64,000 nt of DNA from a virus. The position numbers and the translations under genes were made by a program. Below the pieces are notes generated by a model that searched no databases, was not told the origin of the DNA, and worked only from the letters and a program-made list of their open reading frames with translations. Location: positions 31,572 to 95,571 of IMG/VR virus record IMGVR_UViG_3300032288_004022; one strand, written 5' to 3'. Positions 36,833 through 46,236 of the stretch are shown in pieces. How positions within the stretch are numbered: position 1 is the stretch's first letter; the number at the start of each line of letters is the position of its first letter.

Positions 36833-37766
36833 GCAAATTGCCAAAGTATTTGAAAGTTACTTTGGTTCGCGTATTCCCTTCAACCAACTAACATCCAAAC
36901 AAGCCGCTGTTATGTTGGAAAAAGTACAGGGTGTGCTCCGGGAGCATCGCTCAACGGTGGCACGTCATCACAGTGAAAAGAATCCAAAATATCTGCAACT
37001 GGTCATGATGGAACAGGCTCTTGTGGGCAGGCTCAAAGAGGCCATGGCTCCCGTGGCTGGTACCAGCGGAACTGGCGCTGTTGGTGGTGCAGCTCCTGCA
37101 GGCGGCACAGGAAGTGCAGCCCCAGCAACACCACAAGCTGCTGTGGCTGGTGGAAAGCCTGCTGTGGCTGGTGCAGTGGCAAAAGATCCCAAGTTGGCTG
37201 CGGCCCTTAAAAAGAGTAGTGCTGGTCAAAGTTTGACCCCCGAAGAACAAAAACTGGTAGCTGGCGCTGCCATGATGCAAGCTGAAAGTCGTTTACGTCG
37301 TTTCATGAAGCGTCTAAACGAGAGTGAAGTACAACAAGCTCAAGTTGTGCTGGCTGCTCAAGACATGGTTGACAAAATGCAAGGCATGTTGGAAGATGTC
37401 AGCGAATTGCAGTTCAAAGAATTACCAGCCTTGGTTGATTCGATCAAGAACCAGGTTGGTGTTGATCAAGCCAGCCAATTCAATGCAGACGCCACCGCCG
37501 CACTCACAGGCCTGTTGCAAAATATTCAAGGCGCCAAGCAACAACTTGATGCCGCCCTTGGGGTGGTAACTGGGCAAGCACCAAGTGGCGCTGCCGCTGC
37601 TGGCGCAATGGGCGCTGATATTGCTGCTGGCGCCGCTGACATGAATGCTGCTGCTGGTGACATGGCTGCTGCTGGTGACATGGGTGCCGATACTGCTTTA
37701 GATACAGCCGCTGCCGAAGCTGGCGCAGAAGCTCCTGCTGCTGCACTAGGTCGAGCCAAGAGATAA
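36795..37766 (+). CDS. Probable prohead core/scaffold-like protein
   Basis: MKLQE start, LKE/LNE sites, Ala/Gly linkers, coiled coil, LGRAKR end. Confidence 0.5.
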   Translation: MKLQELSATKPSKQIAKVFESYFGSRIPFNQLTSKQAAVMLEKVQGVLREHRSTVARHHSEKNPKYLQLVMMEQALVGRLKEAMAPVAGTSGTGAVGGAAPAGGTGSAAPATPQAAVAGGKPAVAGAVAKDPKLAAALKKSSAGQSLTPEEQKLVAGAAMMQAESRLRRFMKRLNESEVQQAQVVLAAQDMVDKMQGMLEDVSELQFKELPALVDSIKNQVGVDQASQFNADATAALTGLLQNIQGAKQQLDAALGVVTGQAPSGAAAAGAMGADIAAGAADMNAAAGDMAAAGDMGADTALDTAAAEAGAEAPAAALGRAKR

Positions 37767-38122
37767 TGAAAATATTTGAAGTTGATGCTGGCCAGGCACC
37801 AACTCCTGACCCAGAACAACTGTCAGGGTTGGTTCAGTTTCTCAATGGTCGAGCCAACAACACCAATGCCAAGAAAGAAATCAGCCAGGATGCATTTGTC
37901 AAACTGGCCAATGATTTAGACATCAATATAACTCCACAAAATCTAGCTGATGTTGTGAGCCAACCACCACTCAGCAACTTATTGGAACCCATGGATCCAA
38001 ACACAGGTATGTTGATGTTCAAAGGTGCTGGACAACCAGATGTTGGTATGCCTGTAAATCGAGCACAGGACATTGTGGCAGCCGCAGCCAAATCAGCAGC
38101 CAAAAAAGACCGCGGGGTCTAA
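37766..38122 (+). CDS. Hypothetical, probable head-associated protein
   Basis: MKIFE start, coupled. Confidence 0.6.
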   Translation: MKIFEVDAGQAPTPDPEQLSGLVQFLNGRANNTNAKKEISQDAFVKLANDLDINITPQNLADVVSQPPLSNLLEPMDPNTGMLMFKGAGQPDVGMPVNRAQDIVAAAAKSAAKKDRGV

Positions 38123-38142
38123 CCAATTTAGTCAACTAATGG

Positions 38143-38171
38143 TTGACCTAAAACGTTAATTAGTGTATAGT
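38143..38171 (+). promoter_or_regulatory. sigma70-type promoter
   Basis: TTGACC-17-TATAGT; -35 overlapped by the inverted repeat GTCAAC-N5-GTTGAC. Confidence 0.65.
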
Positions 38172-38198
38172 CTACAAACTAAACCCTAGGAGAATCCT

Positions 38199-38618
38199 AT
38201 GACACGCCTGGCAATTTTGTTCGCACTGTTTGCAGCCACTGCACCATCAGCAATGGCTCAATACAACAGTTTCAGCACTGTGGAGATTGTGAGAGTTGAA
38301 CCACGCATGATCACCACATATCAACAACAATGTCGCGAAGTGGCTGTTCAAACTCCTGCCACTTCGGGCAATACAGCAGGCGGCGTTTTGGGAGCCATTG
38401 CAGGTGCTGCAATTGGCAACCAAATTGGTGGTGGTTCTGGTCGCGACATTGCCACAGTGGTGGGCGGTGTAGTAGGCTATCAAGCCGGACGTGGTGAATC
38501 ACAGCCTGGCGGAATCAGTTATCGCACTGTGTGCGAATCTGTACCGGTTATGACACAGCGAGGCGAAACAGTGACTTTTAGATATCGCGGTCGACTATTC
38601 AGCCAGACGTTTGACTAA
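38199..38618 (+). CDS. Glycine-zipper 2TM envelope protein (YcfJ-like)
   Basis: Signal peptide; GGVLGAIAGAAIGNQIGGGSGRDIATVVGGVVG. Confidence 0.85.
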   Translation: MTRLAILFALFAATAPSAMAQYNSFSTVEIVRVEPRMITTYQQQCREVAVQTPATSGNTAGGVLGAIAGAAIGNQIGGGSGRDIATVVGGVVGYQAGRGESQPGGISYRTVCESVPVMTQRGETVTFRYRGRLFSQTFD

Positions 38619-38631
38619 CACAATAAACTCT

Positions 38632-39024
38632 ATGGCCTATTCAGAAAAAGTAGTTGATCATTATGAAAATCCCAGAAACGTGGGATCGTTTTCCAAAGAC
38701 GATCCCGATGTGGGCACCGGCATGGTAGGGGCACCTGCTTGCGGAGATGTAATGAAACTTCAAATAAAGGTAGACCATGATACAGGCATTATTACAGACG
38801 CTCGCTTTAAGACGTATGGCTGCGGCTCGGCGATTGCAAGCTCAAGCCTTGTCACAGAATGGGTCAAAGGAAAAACCCTTGACCAAGCCGCTGAACTCAA
38901 AAACAGTGAAATCGCCGAAGAACTAGCATTGCCTCCGGTCAAAATACATTGTTCAATCCTTGCTGAAGACGCTATCAAAGCCGCGGTAGAAGATTATCGA
39001 AAACGGCATGATATCGTTCACTGA
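38632..39024 (+). CDS. iscU: Fe-S cluster scaffold IscU
   Basis: YSEKVVDHYENPRNVG, GAPACGDVM, GCGSAIASSS, LPPVKIHCS. Confidence 0.97.
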   Translation: MAYSEKVVDHYENPRNVGSFSKDDPDVGTGMVGAPACGDVMKLQIKVDHDTGIITDARFKTYGCGSAIASSSLVTEWVKGKTLDQAAELKNSEIAEELALPPVKIHCSILAEDAIKAAVEDYRKRHDIVH

Positions 39025-39331
39025 CACAGCCCGAAACAAGATCTCTAAACTAGTTGCGGCCAAAGGCTATGCAGGAATTCGGCTTGGCGTAAAAACCACT
39101 GGTTGCTCTGGCCTGGCTTATGTGTTAGAATACGTGAACAAATACACACCCCAAGATGGCAGCATCAACTATGCGCAACCTGAATTTGTTGTGATTGTGG
39201 ATCAAAAGCATGACGTGTATTTGCAAGGAATGATTGTTGACTATGTTAGACAAGGCCTCAACGAGGGGTTTGAATTTCGCAATCCCAATGAGCGTGATCG
39301 TTGTGGGTGTGGAGAAAGTTTTAGAGTTTGA
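39008..39331 (+). CDS. iscA: Fe-S cluster carrier IscA
   Basis: TGCSGLAY, NPN..RCGCGESF. Confidence 0.95.
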   Translation: MISFTDTARNKISKLVAAKGYAGIRLGVKTTGCSGLAYVLEYVNKYTPQDGSINYAQPEFVVIVDQKHDVYLQGMIVDYVRQGLNEGFEFRNPNERDRCGCGESFRV

Positions 39332-39756
39332 AACAAAAATACATTGACTTATACATGGACTGGGCTCGGCGTGCCGCCGAACTCAGTCATGCTCGACGTC
39401 TACATGTGGGCGCAGTGGTGGTCAAAGACGACACTGTGATCAGCTATGGCTACAACGGTATGCCTGCAGGTTGGGACAACAACTGCGAAGATGAAATCTA
39501 TCAACAAGACGGCACAGTGGGGTTGAAAACCAAGCCTGAGGTTTTGCACGCCGAGTCAAACGCTATTGCCAAGTTGGCTCGAGGACTCAACAGTGGTTTG
39601 GGCGCAGACATTTTTATCACTCATGCTCCGTGCTTGGAGTGTGCAAAACTGATCTATCAGTCAGGAATTCGTCGTGTTTATTTTGGTGAAAACTATCGCG
39701 ACTCGGCTGGCACTGAATTTTTACAAAAATCTGGAATTGAAGTAAACAAATTATGA
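39328..39756 (+). CDS. dCMP deaminase
   Basis: GYNG, HAESNAI, PCLEC. Confidence 0.92.
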   Translation: MKQKYIDLYMDWARRAAELSHARRLHVGAVVVKDDTVISYGYNGMPAGWDNNCEDEIYQQDGTVGLKTKPEVLHAESNAIAKLARGLNSGLGADIFITHAPCLECAKLIYQSGIRRVYFGENYRDSAGTEFLQKSGIEVNKL

Positions 39757-40463
39757 TCACTCAACGTTACAACTACGCACCCCTTGACCGCACCACCATT
39801 GATGGCAAGCGACATTATTGCTTGCCCGACGGCAGCAAGGTTCCCAGTGTCACAACTATACTTGATAAAACAAAGCCAGCTGAAAAAGTACAAGCTCTGC
39901 AGAATTGGAAAAAACGTGTGGGCGAGCAACGGGCACAAGAGATCACCACAGAAGCTGCAAATCGCGGCACACGTATGCATGCCTACTTGGAGCACTATGT
40001 TTTGCAACAAGACATGAAACCTTTGCCATCAAATCCATTTGCTCACCCCAGCTGGTTTATGGCTGCAGAAGTTATTCTCAAAGGACTAGGCAATGTCGAC
40101 GAATTTTGGGGCGTTGAAGTTCCTTTGTACTACTCGGGACTTTATGCAGGCACCACAGACTGCATTGGGCTATGGAAAGGACGTCCTGCAATCATGGACT
40201 TCAAGCAGACCAATCGGCCCAAAAAGAGAGAGTGGATCGATGATTATTTCTTACAACTTGCAGCCTATGCTGCTGCTCACAACGAAATGCATGGAACCAC
40301 CATTGATCAGGGTGTTATTTTAATGGCCTGCCAGCCCAAGTTGCTGGAAGATGGTACTTATTCTACCCCAGAATATTTTGAATTTGAAGTTTTGCCCAAT
40401 GAATTTGCTCATTGGGCCAATGAGTGGATGAAACGAGTGGAGCTATACTATTTGATACGCTAA
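39753..40463 (+). CDS. PD-(D/E)XK exonuclease
   Basis: PSVTTIL, RGT.MH, AGTTD, DFKQ, QLAAY. Confidence 0.85.
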   Translation: MITQRYNYAPLDRTTIDGKRHYCLPDGSKVPSVTTILDKTKPAEKVQALQNWKKRVGEQRAQEITTEAANRGTRMHAYLEHYVLQQDMKPLPSNPFAHPSWFMAAEVILKGLGNVDEFWGVEVPLYYSGLYAGTTDCIGLWKGRPAIMDFKQTNRPKKREWIDDYFLQLAAYAAAHNEMHGTTIDQGVILMACQPKLLEDGTYSTPEYFEFEVLPNEFAHWANEWMKRVELYYLIR

Positions 40464-40490
40464 ATATGTGATATCGCAAGGACTATCACT

Positions 40491-42272
40491 GTGGCAATAG
40501 TACAAATTTCAAGAATTACCCAACGCAAGGGTCTAGCACAAGATTTACCTCAACCCCTGGCCGGCGCAGAGCTGGGTTGGTGTACCGACACTCGTCAACT
40601 TTTTATTGGCAATGGCACCCTAGTAGATGGTGCGCCAGTGGTGGGTAATACCGAAATACTTACTGAATTCAGCGATGTTCTTGCAGCCTCCACAGCCTAT
40701 ACCTACAAAGGTCAAGCCGCCGGTTATGTTGTACAAACTGGAATCAGCGCCAGCACACCCATCAGTCAAAGTTTGCAGTCAAGACTGGACAGCATAGCAA
40801 TTATTACAGATTTTGGGGCCACCGGCGATGGCGTTACTGATGTCACTGCCCACATCAACAATGCACTGTATCAATTGTACTGCCGTGATGTCAACACACA
40901 GATACGTCGCAGTTTGTATTTTCCTGCTGGCACCTATGTCATCAGTGACACATTGAACATTCCGCCATATTGCAATCTATATGGCGATGGCCCCGAAAGC
41001 ACCATTATATCATTTACTGCATTGACTTGGACCAATGCAGTTTCCTACAGCAGTGGTGTCCTGGTCAAGAACGGTGCCTCCTACTACAGAAGTGCAGCCG
41101 CAGTGCCTATTGGTATCTCTATTTCCAACACATCGTACTGGACGCCTACCACTCTGCCCAGTTACATTTTTAGAACCGCCGACAGCCTGCAACAAACTGG
41201 TGCCAACATTGGTACCAATGGTGCAACACCACCGGGTGATTTTGAGATGTCCAACATGAAATTTGTGACCGATCAAGTTCATGATGGTTGCTACATTGAA
41301 GCAGCCAGGGATTGTTCTTTCCAAAGCATAAACATACAAGGTCCTGAAACCACAGCGTCACTGACAACCCCAGTCAACAACACTGCCTGTGTGAGCTGGA
41401 ATACCACCCCGGGATACACCTGTAGCAATATAGAATGGAATCATTGTAAATTTTCAGGCATGATATGGGGCACAAACACAGCCGAACAAATTGAATCGGT
41501 GACATTTAGCAATGGTTTATTTGATACATTGTATCAAGGTGTGTACCTGGGAGCCACACTGGCGCCAGCAGTGGGCCCAACTGGATTCCGCATTGTTGAA
41601 AACCAGTTTGACAATATCTATGGCGAAGGTATAGTAATTGAGAACGTGGGTCTTAACTGCTCGGCATACAATGCATTTTATGATGTAGGCAATCACTTTA
41701 ATGGTGCTAACTTGCCATCCACACCAGTAATTGACATCAACGGTTTAAACAATGTCAGCGTTGGCGACATGTTCGAGCGCACTACTCAATTTGCTGATGG
41801 TTCAACACCAAGAATTAGACTGAACAATTTGAATGGTATTGCACTGGGCATGAATGTCAGCAATATCACATTTTATCAAAACAACAGTGCCGGCGCAACG
41901 CCCTACAACTATGCCAATCAATTGGGTCTGGGCACATATCAACGCACAGCTGGTATCACTGACACCTTGGCCGACAATGCCAGCAGCGCAAGAACTCTAC
42001 TGACATTTGATGCCGGATACATAAAAGCAGTGAAAATTGATTATACCATTGTTCGTGGAGTTGATGTACAATCTGGATCCTATATCATTATCGCTGGAAC
42101 TGATGCTTCGGGCACGGGTCTAGCCGGACAAGATACCAGTTTGGACAACGGTACCGGACCCGGAGTGACGTTCAGTCAAAGCGAAACTGCCAGTGTGGTT
42201 AGTTGGACCTACACAACCACCAACACCGGTAATGCTGGAACCATTTATTATTCTGTAACAAAACTAGCCTGA
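40491..42272 (+). CDS. Tail-associated protein with a pectate-lyase-like beta-helix
   Basis: CTAAATA promoter; N-terminal AELGW..D...LFIG module; DFGATGDGVTD, YFPAGTY. Confidence 0.7.
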   Translation: MAIVQISRITQRKGLAQDLPQPLAGAELGWCTDTRQLFIGNGTLVDGAPVVGNTEILTEFSDVLAASTAYTYKGQAAGYVVQTGISASTPISQSLQSRLDSIAIITDFGATGDGVTDVTAHINNALYQLYCRDVNTQIRRSLYFPAGTYVISDTLNIPPYCNLYGDGPESTIISFTALTWTNAVSYSSGVLVKNGASYYRSAAAVPIGISISNTSYWTPTTLPSYIFRTADSLQQTGANIGTNGATPPGDFEMSNMKFVTDQVHDGCYIEAARDCSFQSINIQGPETTASLTTPVNNTACVSWNTTPGYTCSNIEWNHCKFSGMIWGTNTAEQIESVTFSNGLFDTLYQGVYLGATLAPAVGPTGFRIVENQFDNIYGEGIVIENVGLNCSAYNAFYDVGNHFNGANLPSTPVIDINGLNNVSVGDMFERTTQFADGSTPRIRLNNLNGIALGMNVSNITFYQNNSAGATPYNYANQLGLGTYQRTAGITDTLADNASSARTLLTFDAGYIKAVKIDYTIVRGVDVQSGSYIIIAGTDASGTGLAGQDTSLDNGTGPGVTFSQSETASVVSWTYTTTNTGNAGTIYYSVTKLA

Positions 42273-42697
42273 TGTGGCCACGCACTTTTGCCGAGAGGCT
42301 GGCGAGTTGGAATCAACTCAGAAATCAAGCCGCCACTGCTGATCTTGAAACTGCCCTGCGCCAAATCAATAGTTGGTGGTTTCAAACCCCCTGGCGCGCC
42401 TATCATTTACATTGGGATGATCGGGATTCCTGGCCCGATCCTTGGCAATTATTGAGCGACGATATCTACTGCCCACTTGCTCGTGCCCTGGGAATCATGT
42501 ATACTATAACTTTATTGGATCGTGAAGATTTGCAAGATGCTGTGTTGGTCGAGGTCGCCAGCGACAATTTAGTCCTGGTGCACAAAAAGAAATATATATT
42601 GAATTGGGACACGGATACCATCTTAAATATCAATCCAACCGGATCAAAAATCCAACACAGCATTGCGCAACAGCAACTAAAACAACAAATTAGGTAA
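42272..42697 (+). CDS. Hypothetical protein (weak transglutaminase-like cysteine protease resemblance)
   Basis: WPDPWQLL....YC..ARALG..YT. Confidence 0.55.
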   Translation: MWPRTFAERLASWNQLRNQAATADLETALRQINSWWFQTPWRAYHLHWDDRDSWPDPWQLLSDDIYCPLARALGIMYTITLLDREDLQDAVLVEVASDNLVLVHKKKYILNWDTDTILNINPTGSKIQHSIAQQQLKQQIR

Positions 42698-42699
42698 CA

Positions 42700-45021
42700 A
42701 TGAAACAAATTACAGTGGAAAAACGCAACGGAACTCGCGAGCCGTTGGCGTTGGAAAAGTGGCAAGCGCAGATCGCCAAGGTTTGTTCGGGCATCGCGGA
42801 CGTCAGTCAGAGCATGATTGAAATCAAGGCCCAACTGCATTTTTATGATGGAATTACCACAAAAGAAATTGATGGAATAACCTTGCGTGCCATAGTGGAC
42901 CTAATTGATGTAGAGTCAAATCCCGATGTAGGACACACCAACTATCAGTATGTGGCTGGCAAACAGCGTCTCAGTATGCTGCGCAAGGATGTCTACGGCA
43001 CTTATGATCCCCCTCATTTGTATGAAATTGTCAAAAGAAACGTAAAAGTTGGACTCTATACGCCAGAGCTTCTTGAATGGTATTCAGAAGATGATTGGAA
43101 CCGCATGAATGACATGATCGATCATGCCAAGGACGAGCAGTATTCTTATGCAGCGGTAGAACAGTTGATTGAAAAGTATCTTGTTCGCAATCGTAGCACC
43201 AAGGAAATTTACGAAACTCCGCAAGTACGATACATGATTGCGGCAGCCACAGTGTTTCACAAAGAAGAGCCCAACTCGGCTCGTATGCGCTATATCAAGG
43301 AATATTACAATGCGGCTTCTGACGGCTTATTTACTCTCGCTACTCCTGTTCTTGCTGGGCTTGGCACTCCCACTAAGCAGTTCAGTAGTTGTGTGCTCAT
43401 ACGCAGTGATGATGATCTTGACTCCATTTTTGCTAGCGGCGAAATGATGGCCAAGTATGCCAGCAAACGTGCTGGCATTGGTTTAGAGATTGGTCGCCTG
43501 CGTCCCTTGGGCTCGCCCATTCGTGGCGGCGAAATCATGCACACTGGCATGATTCCTTTTTTAAAGAAATGGTTTGGTGATCTACGATCATGTTCACAAG
43601 GCGGTATTCGTAATGCAAGTGCCACTGTGTTTTATCCCATATGGCATCATCAGTTCGATGATCTCATTGTTCTCAAGAACAATCAAGGCACCGAGGAGAC
43701 TCGAGTCCGACACATGGACTATGGAGTGGTACTATCTGCTTTCTTTTGGCGTAGATTTAAACGCAAAGAGCATATCACTTTCTTTGACCCCAATGAAGTG
43801 CCGGATCTTTACGAGGCATTCTACAGAAACACTGAGCTCTTTGAAAAACTTTATGTGCAGTATGAAGCACGATCTGATCTTCGCAAGAAAACTATGTCTG
43901 CGGAAGAAGTATTCAAGTCGGGCATACTCAAGGAGCGAACAGACACTGGTCGTATCTATCTAGTGTTCATTGACAATGTGATGAATCAAGGTCCCTTTGA
44001 TTCTGAGTACCATACAATCTATCAAAGTAATCTCTGCTGTGAAATTCTCTTACCCACAAAACCATTTAAAAGATTGGATGATGCTGATGGGCGAATCGCG
44101 CTCTGTACGCTTGGAAGTATTAACTGGGGTGCATTCCGGAATCCCGAAGACATGCGCAGAGCTTGTAGAATTCTGCAGAGATCCTTGTGTAATATCCTTG
44201 ACTACCAAGACTTCCTCTCAATCCAAAGCCAGTTATCGAATGACGAAATTCAGCCGCTTGGTATCGGCATTACTAACCTTGCTTACTGGCATGCCAAGCG
44301 CGGACTGCAATACGGTGACAAAGACGCTCTGGCCGAGGTTAAGTCGTGGATGGAGCACCAGGCCTATTACCTCACCGAGGCCACAGTCGAACTTGCCAAA
44401 GAGCGAGGCCCTTGCAAAGATTCGGACCGCACCTGGTATGGTCGTGGTGTCTTTCCTTGGGAACGACGTGCCACCGGGGTCAACGAACTCGCGGACTTTT
44501 CGCCTGAACTAGATTGGGAACCATTGCGTAAGGAGATGAAAGAACATGGTGTAAGAAATGCTACTCTTATGGCTATTGCTCCAGTTGAGTCTAGTAGTGT
44601 TGTTATTAATAGTACCAATGGTATTGAAATGCCAATGAGCTTGATCTCTGTGAAAGAAAGCAAAGCAGGAAGTCTCACACAGGTTGTTCCTGAGTATCAC
44701 AAACTCAAGAACCGGTATCAAATGATGTGGGCGCAGAAAGACTGTGACGGATATTTGAAAACTGCGGCTGTGTTGGCAGCTTACGTTGATCAAAGCATTT
44801 CGACAAACACATTCTACAACCCAGCACACTTTGCAGATCGCAAGGTTCCAACCACCCTGATTGCAAAAAATCTAATGCAAGCACACTACTGGGGATTGAA
44901 AACATTTTATTATAGTCTAATCAACAAACAAGGCGCCAAGGCCCGCGACGAAGAACTTATCGATTTGCCACACAGCACTGAAATTCTTGATGAAGAAGAC
45001 TGCGAAGCCTGTAAACTTTAA
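42700..45021 (+). CDS. nrdA: Class Ia ribonucleotide reductase alpha subunit
   Basis: ATP cone, QFSSC, SNLCCEI, APVESSS, C-terminal CEAC. Confidence 0.97.
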   Translation: MKQITVEKRNGTREPLALEKWQAQIAKVCSGIADVSQSMIEIKAQLHFYDGITTKEIDGITLRAIVDLIDVESNPDVGHTNYQYVAGKQRLSMLRKDVYGTYDPPHLYEIVKRNVKVGLYTPELLEWYSEDDWNRMNDMIDHAKDEQYSYAAVEQLIEKYLVRNRSTKEIYETPQVRYMIAAATVFHKEEPNSARMRYIKEYYNAASDGLFTLATPVLAGLGTPTKQFSSCVLIRSDDDLDSIFASGEMMAKYASKRAGIGLEIGRLRPLGSPIRGGEIMHTGMIPFLKKWFGDLRSCSQGGIRNASATVFYPIWHHQFDDLIVLKNNQGTEETRVRHMDYGVVLSAFFWRRFKRKEHITFFDPNEVPDLYEAFYRNTELFEKLYVQYEARSDLRKKTMSAEEVFKSGILKERTDTGRIYLVFIDNVMNQGPFDSEYHTIYQSNLCCEILLPTKPFKRLDDADGRIALCTLGSINWGAFRNPEDMRRACRILQRSLCNILDYQDFLSIQSQLSNDEIQPLGIGITNLAYWHAKRGLQYGDKDALAEVKSWMEHQAYYLTEATVELAKERGPCKDSDRTWYGRGVFPWERRATGVNELADFSPELDWEPLRKEMKEHGVRNATLMAIAPVESSSVVINSTNGIEMPMSLISVKESKAGSLTQVVPEYHKLKNRYQMMWAQKDCDGYLKTAAVLAAYVDQSISTNTFYNPAHFADRKVPTTLIAKNLMQAHYWGLKTFYYSLINKQGAKARDEELIDLPHSTEILDEEDCEACKL

Positions 45022-45030
45022 CGGAACAAC

Positions 45031-46236
45031 ATGAAAAAACGTAATTACACACCAGAAACAGTTTGTCGTCTTCAAGGCTCAGTGCAAGTTGATCACACCT
45101 TGGCCCGCCTGGGCGCCAAGAAACTTCGTGAACTCTTGGCCACTGAGCCATATATCAACACCCTGGGAGCCTACAATGGTCAACAGGCAGTGCAACACGC
45201 CAAGGCCGGACTGAAAGCAATTTATCTATCAGGCTGGCAAGTGGCCGCAGCCAACAACACAGCACTACAAACCTACCCCGATCAAAGCTTGTATCCTGTG
45301 AACTCAGTGCCACAGGTTGTGCGTGGCATCAACAATGCTTTCCGTCGAGCAGATCAGATTGAATACAGCGAAGGTGAGGTAACCACTGACTACTTCTTGC
45401 CCATTGTGGCCGATGCTGAAGCTGGCTTTGGTGGTGCACTCAACGCATATGAGCTCATGATGGCCATGATCGAGGCTGGCGCTGCTGGTGTGCACTTTGA
45501 AGATCAACTGAGTTCAGAAAAGAAGTGCGGCCACCTGGGCGGCAAGGTGCTGATTCCCACCAGCCAGGCCATTCGCAACCTCAATGCCGCACGTTTGGCT
45601 GCCGACGTAGCCGGTGTAGACACAGTGATCATGGCTCGCACCGATGCAGAAGCTGCCACACTGATCACATCGGACCATGATCCACTTGACAAGGAGTTTG
45701 TAATCGATGAACGCACAGAAGAAGGATTCTACAAATTTAACAACGGTATCGATGCTTGTATTGCTAGGGGTCTTGCTTACGCCCCTTATGCTGATCTCTT
45801 ATGGTTCGAAACTAGCACCCCCGATATCCAACAGGCCAAACGATTTGCAGACGCAATCCATGCTGAATTCCCAGATCAAATGTTGGCCTATAACTGCTCA
45901 CCCAGTTTCAACTGGCGCAAATTTTTGTCTGAAGCAGAATGCGAATCCTTCCAGCGCGAACTAGGTGAGCTGGGATTCCGGTTTCAGTTCATTACACTTG
46001 CGGGGTTCCATTCAGTGAACCTTGCTACCTTTGAACTTGCAGAAGCATATCGGGCACGTGGCATGGCTGGTTACAGCGAGATGCAACAACGTGAGTTTGC
46101 TGCACAACAACGTGGCTTTACCACCGTGAAACATCAACGCGAAGTTGGCGTCAGCTACTTTGACTTGATCTCGGAAGCCGTGGGCGCCACATCTACTGTG
46201 GCCAATAAAACAAGTACAGAACACGATCAATTCTAA
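45031..46236 (+). CDS. aceA: Isocitrate lyase
   Basis: [55 protein letters not shown]. Confidence 0.97.
   Translation: MKKRNYTPETVCRLQGSVQVDHTLARLGAKKLRELLATEPYINTLGAYNGQQAVQHAKAGLKAIYLSGWQVAAANNTALQTYPDQSLYPVNSVPQVVRGINNAFRRADQIEYSEGEVTTDYFLPIVADAEAGFGGALNAYELMMAMIEAGAAGVHFEDQLSSEKKCGHLGGKVLIPTSQAIRNLNAARLAADVAGVDTVIMARTDAEAATLITSDHDPLDKEFVIDERTEEGFYKFNNGIDACIARGLAYAPYADLLWFETSTPDIQQAKRFADAIHAEFPDQMLAYNCSPSFNWRKFLSEAECESFQRELGELGFRFQFITLAGFHSVNLATFELAEAYRARGMAGYSEMQQREFAAQQRGFTTVKHQREVGVSYFDLISEAVGATSTVANKTSTEHDQF

Noticed and set aside
37585-37745. GCT-rich tandem repeats including GCTGCTGCTGGTGACATG x2
   Set aside because: Explained by an Ala/Gly/Asp-rich coding linker
39753-40463. Cas4 / CRISPR adaptation gene
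   Set aside because: Lacks the four-Cys Fe-S pattern; ordinary phage PD-(D/E)XK exonuclease
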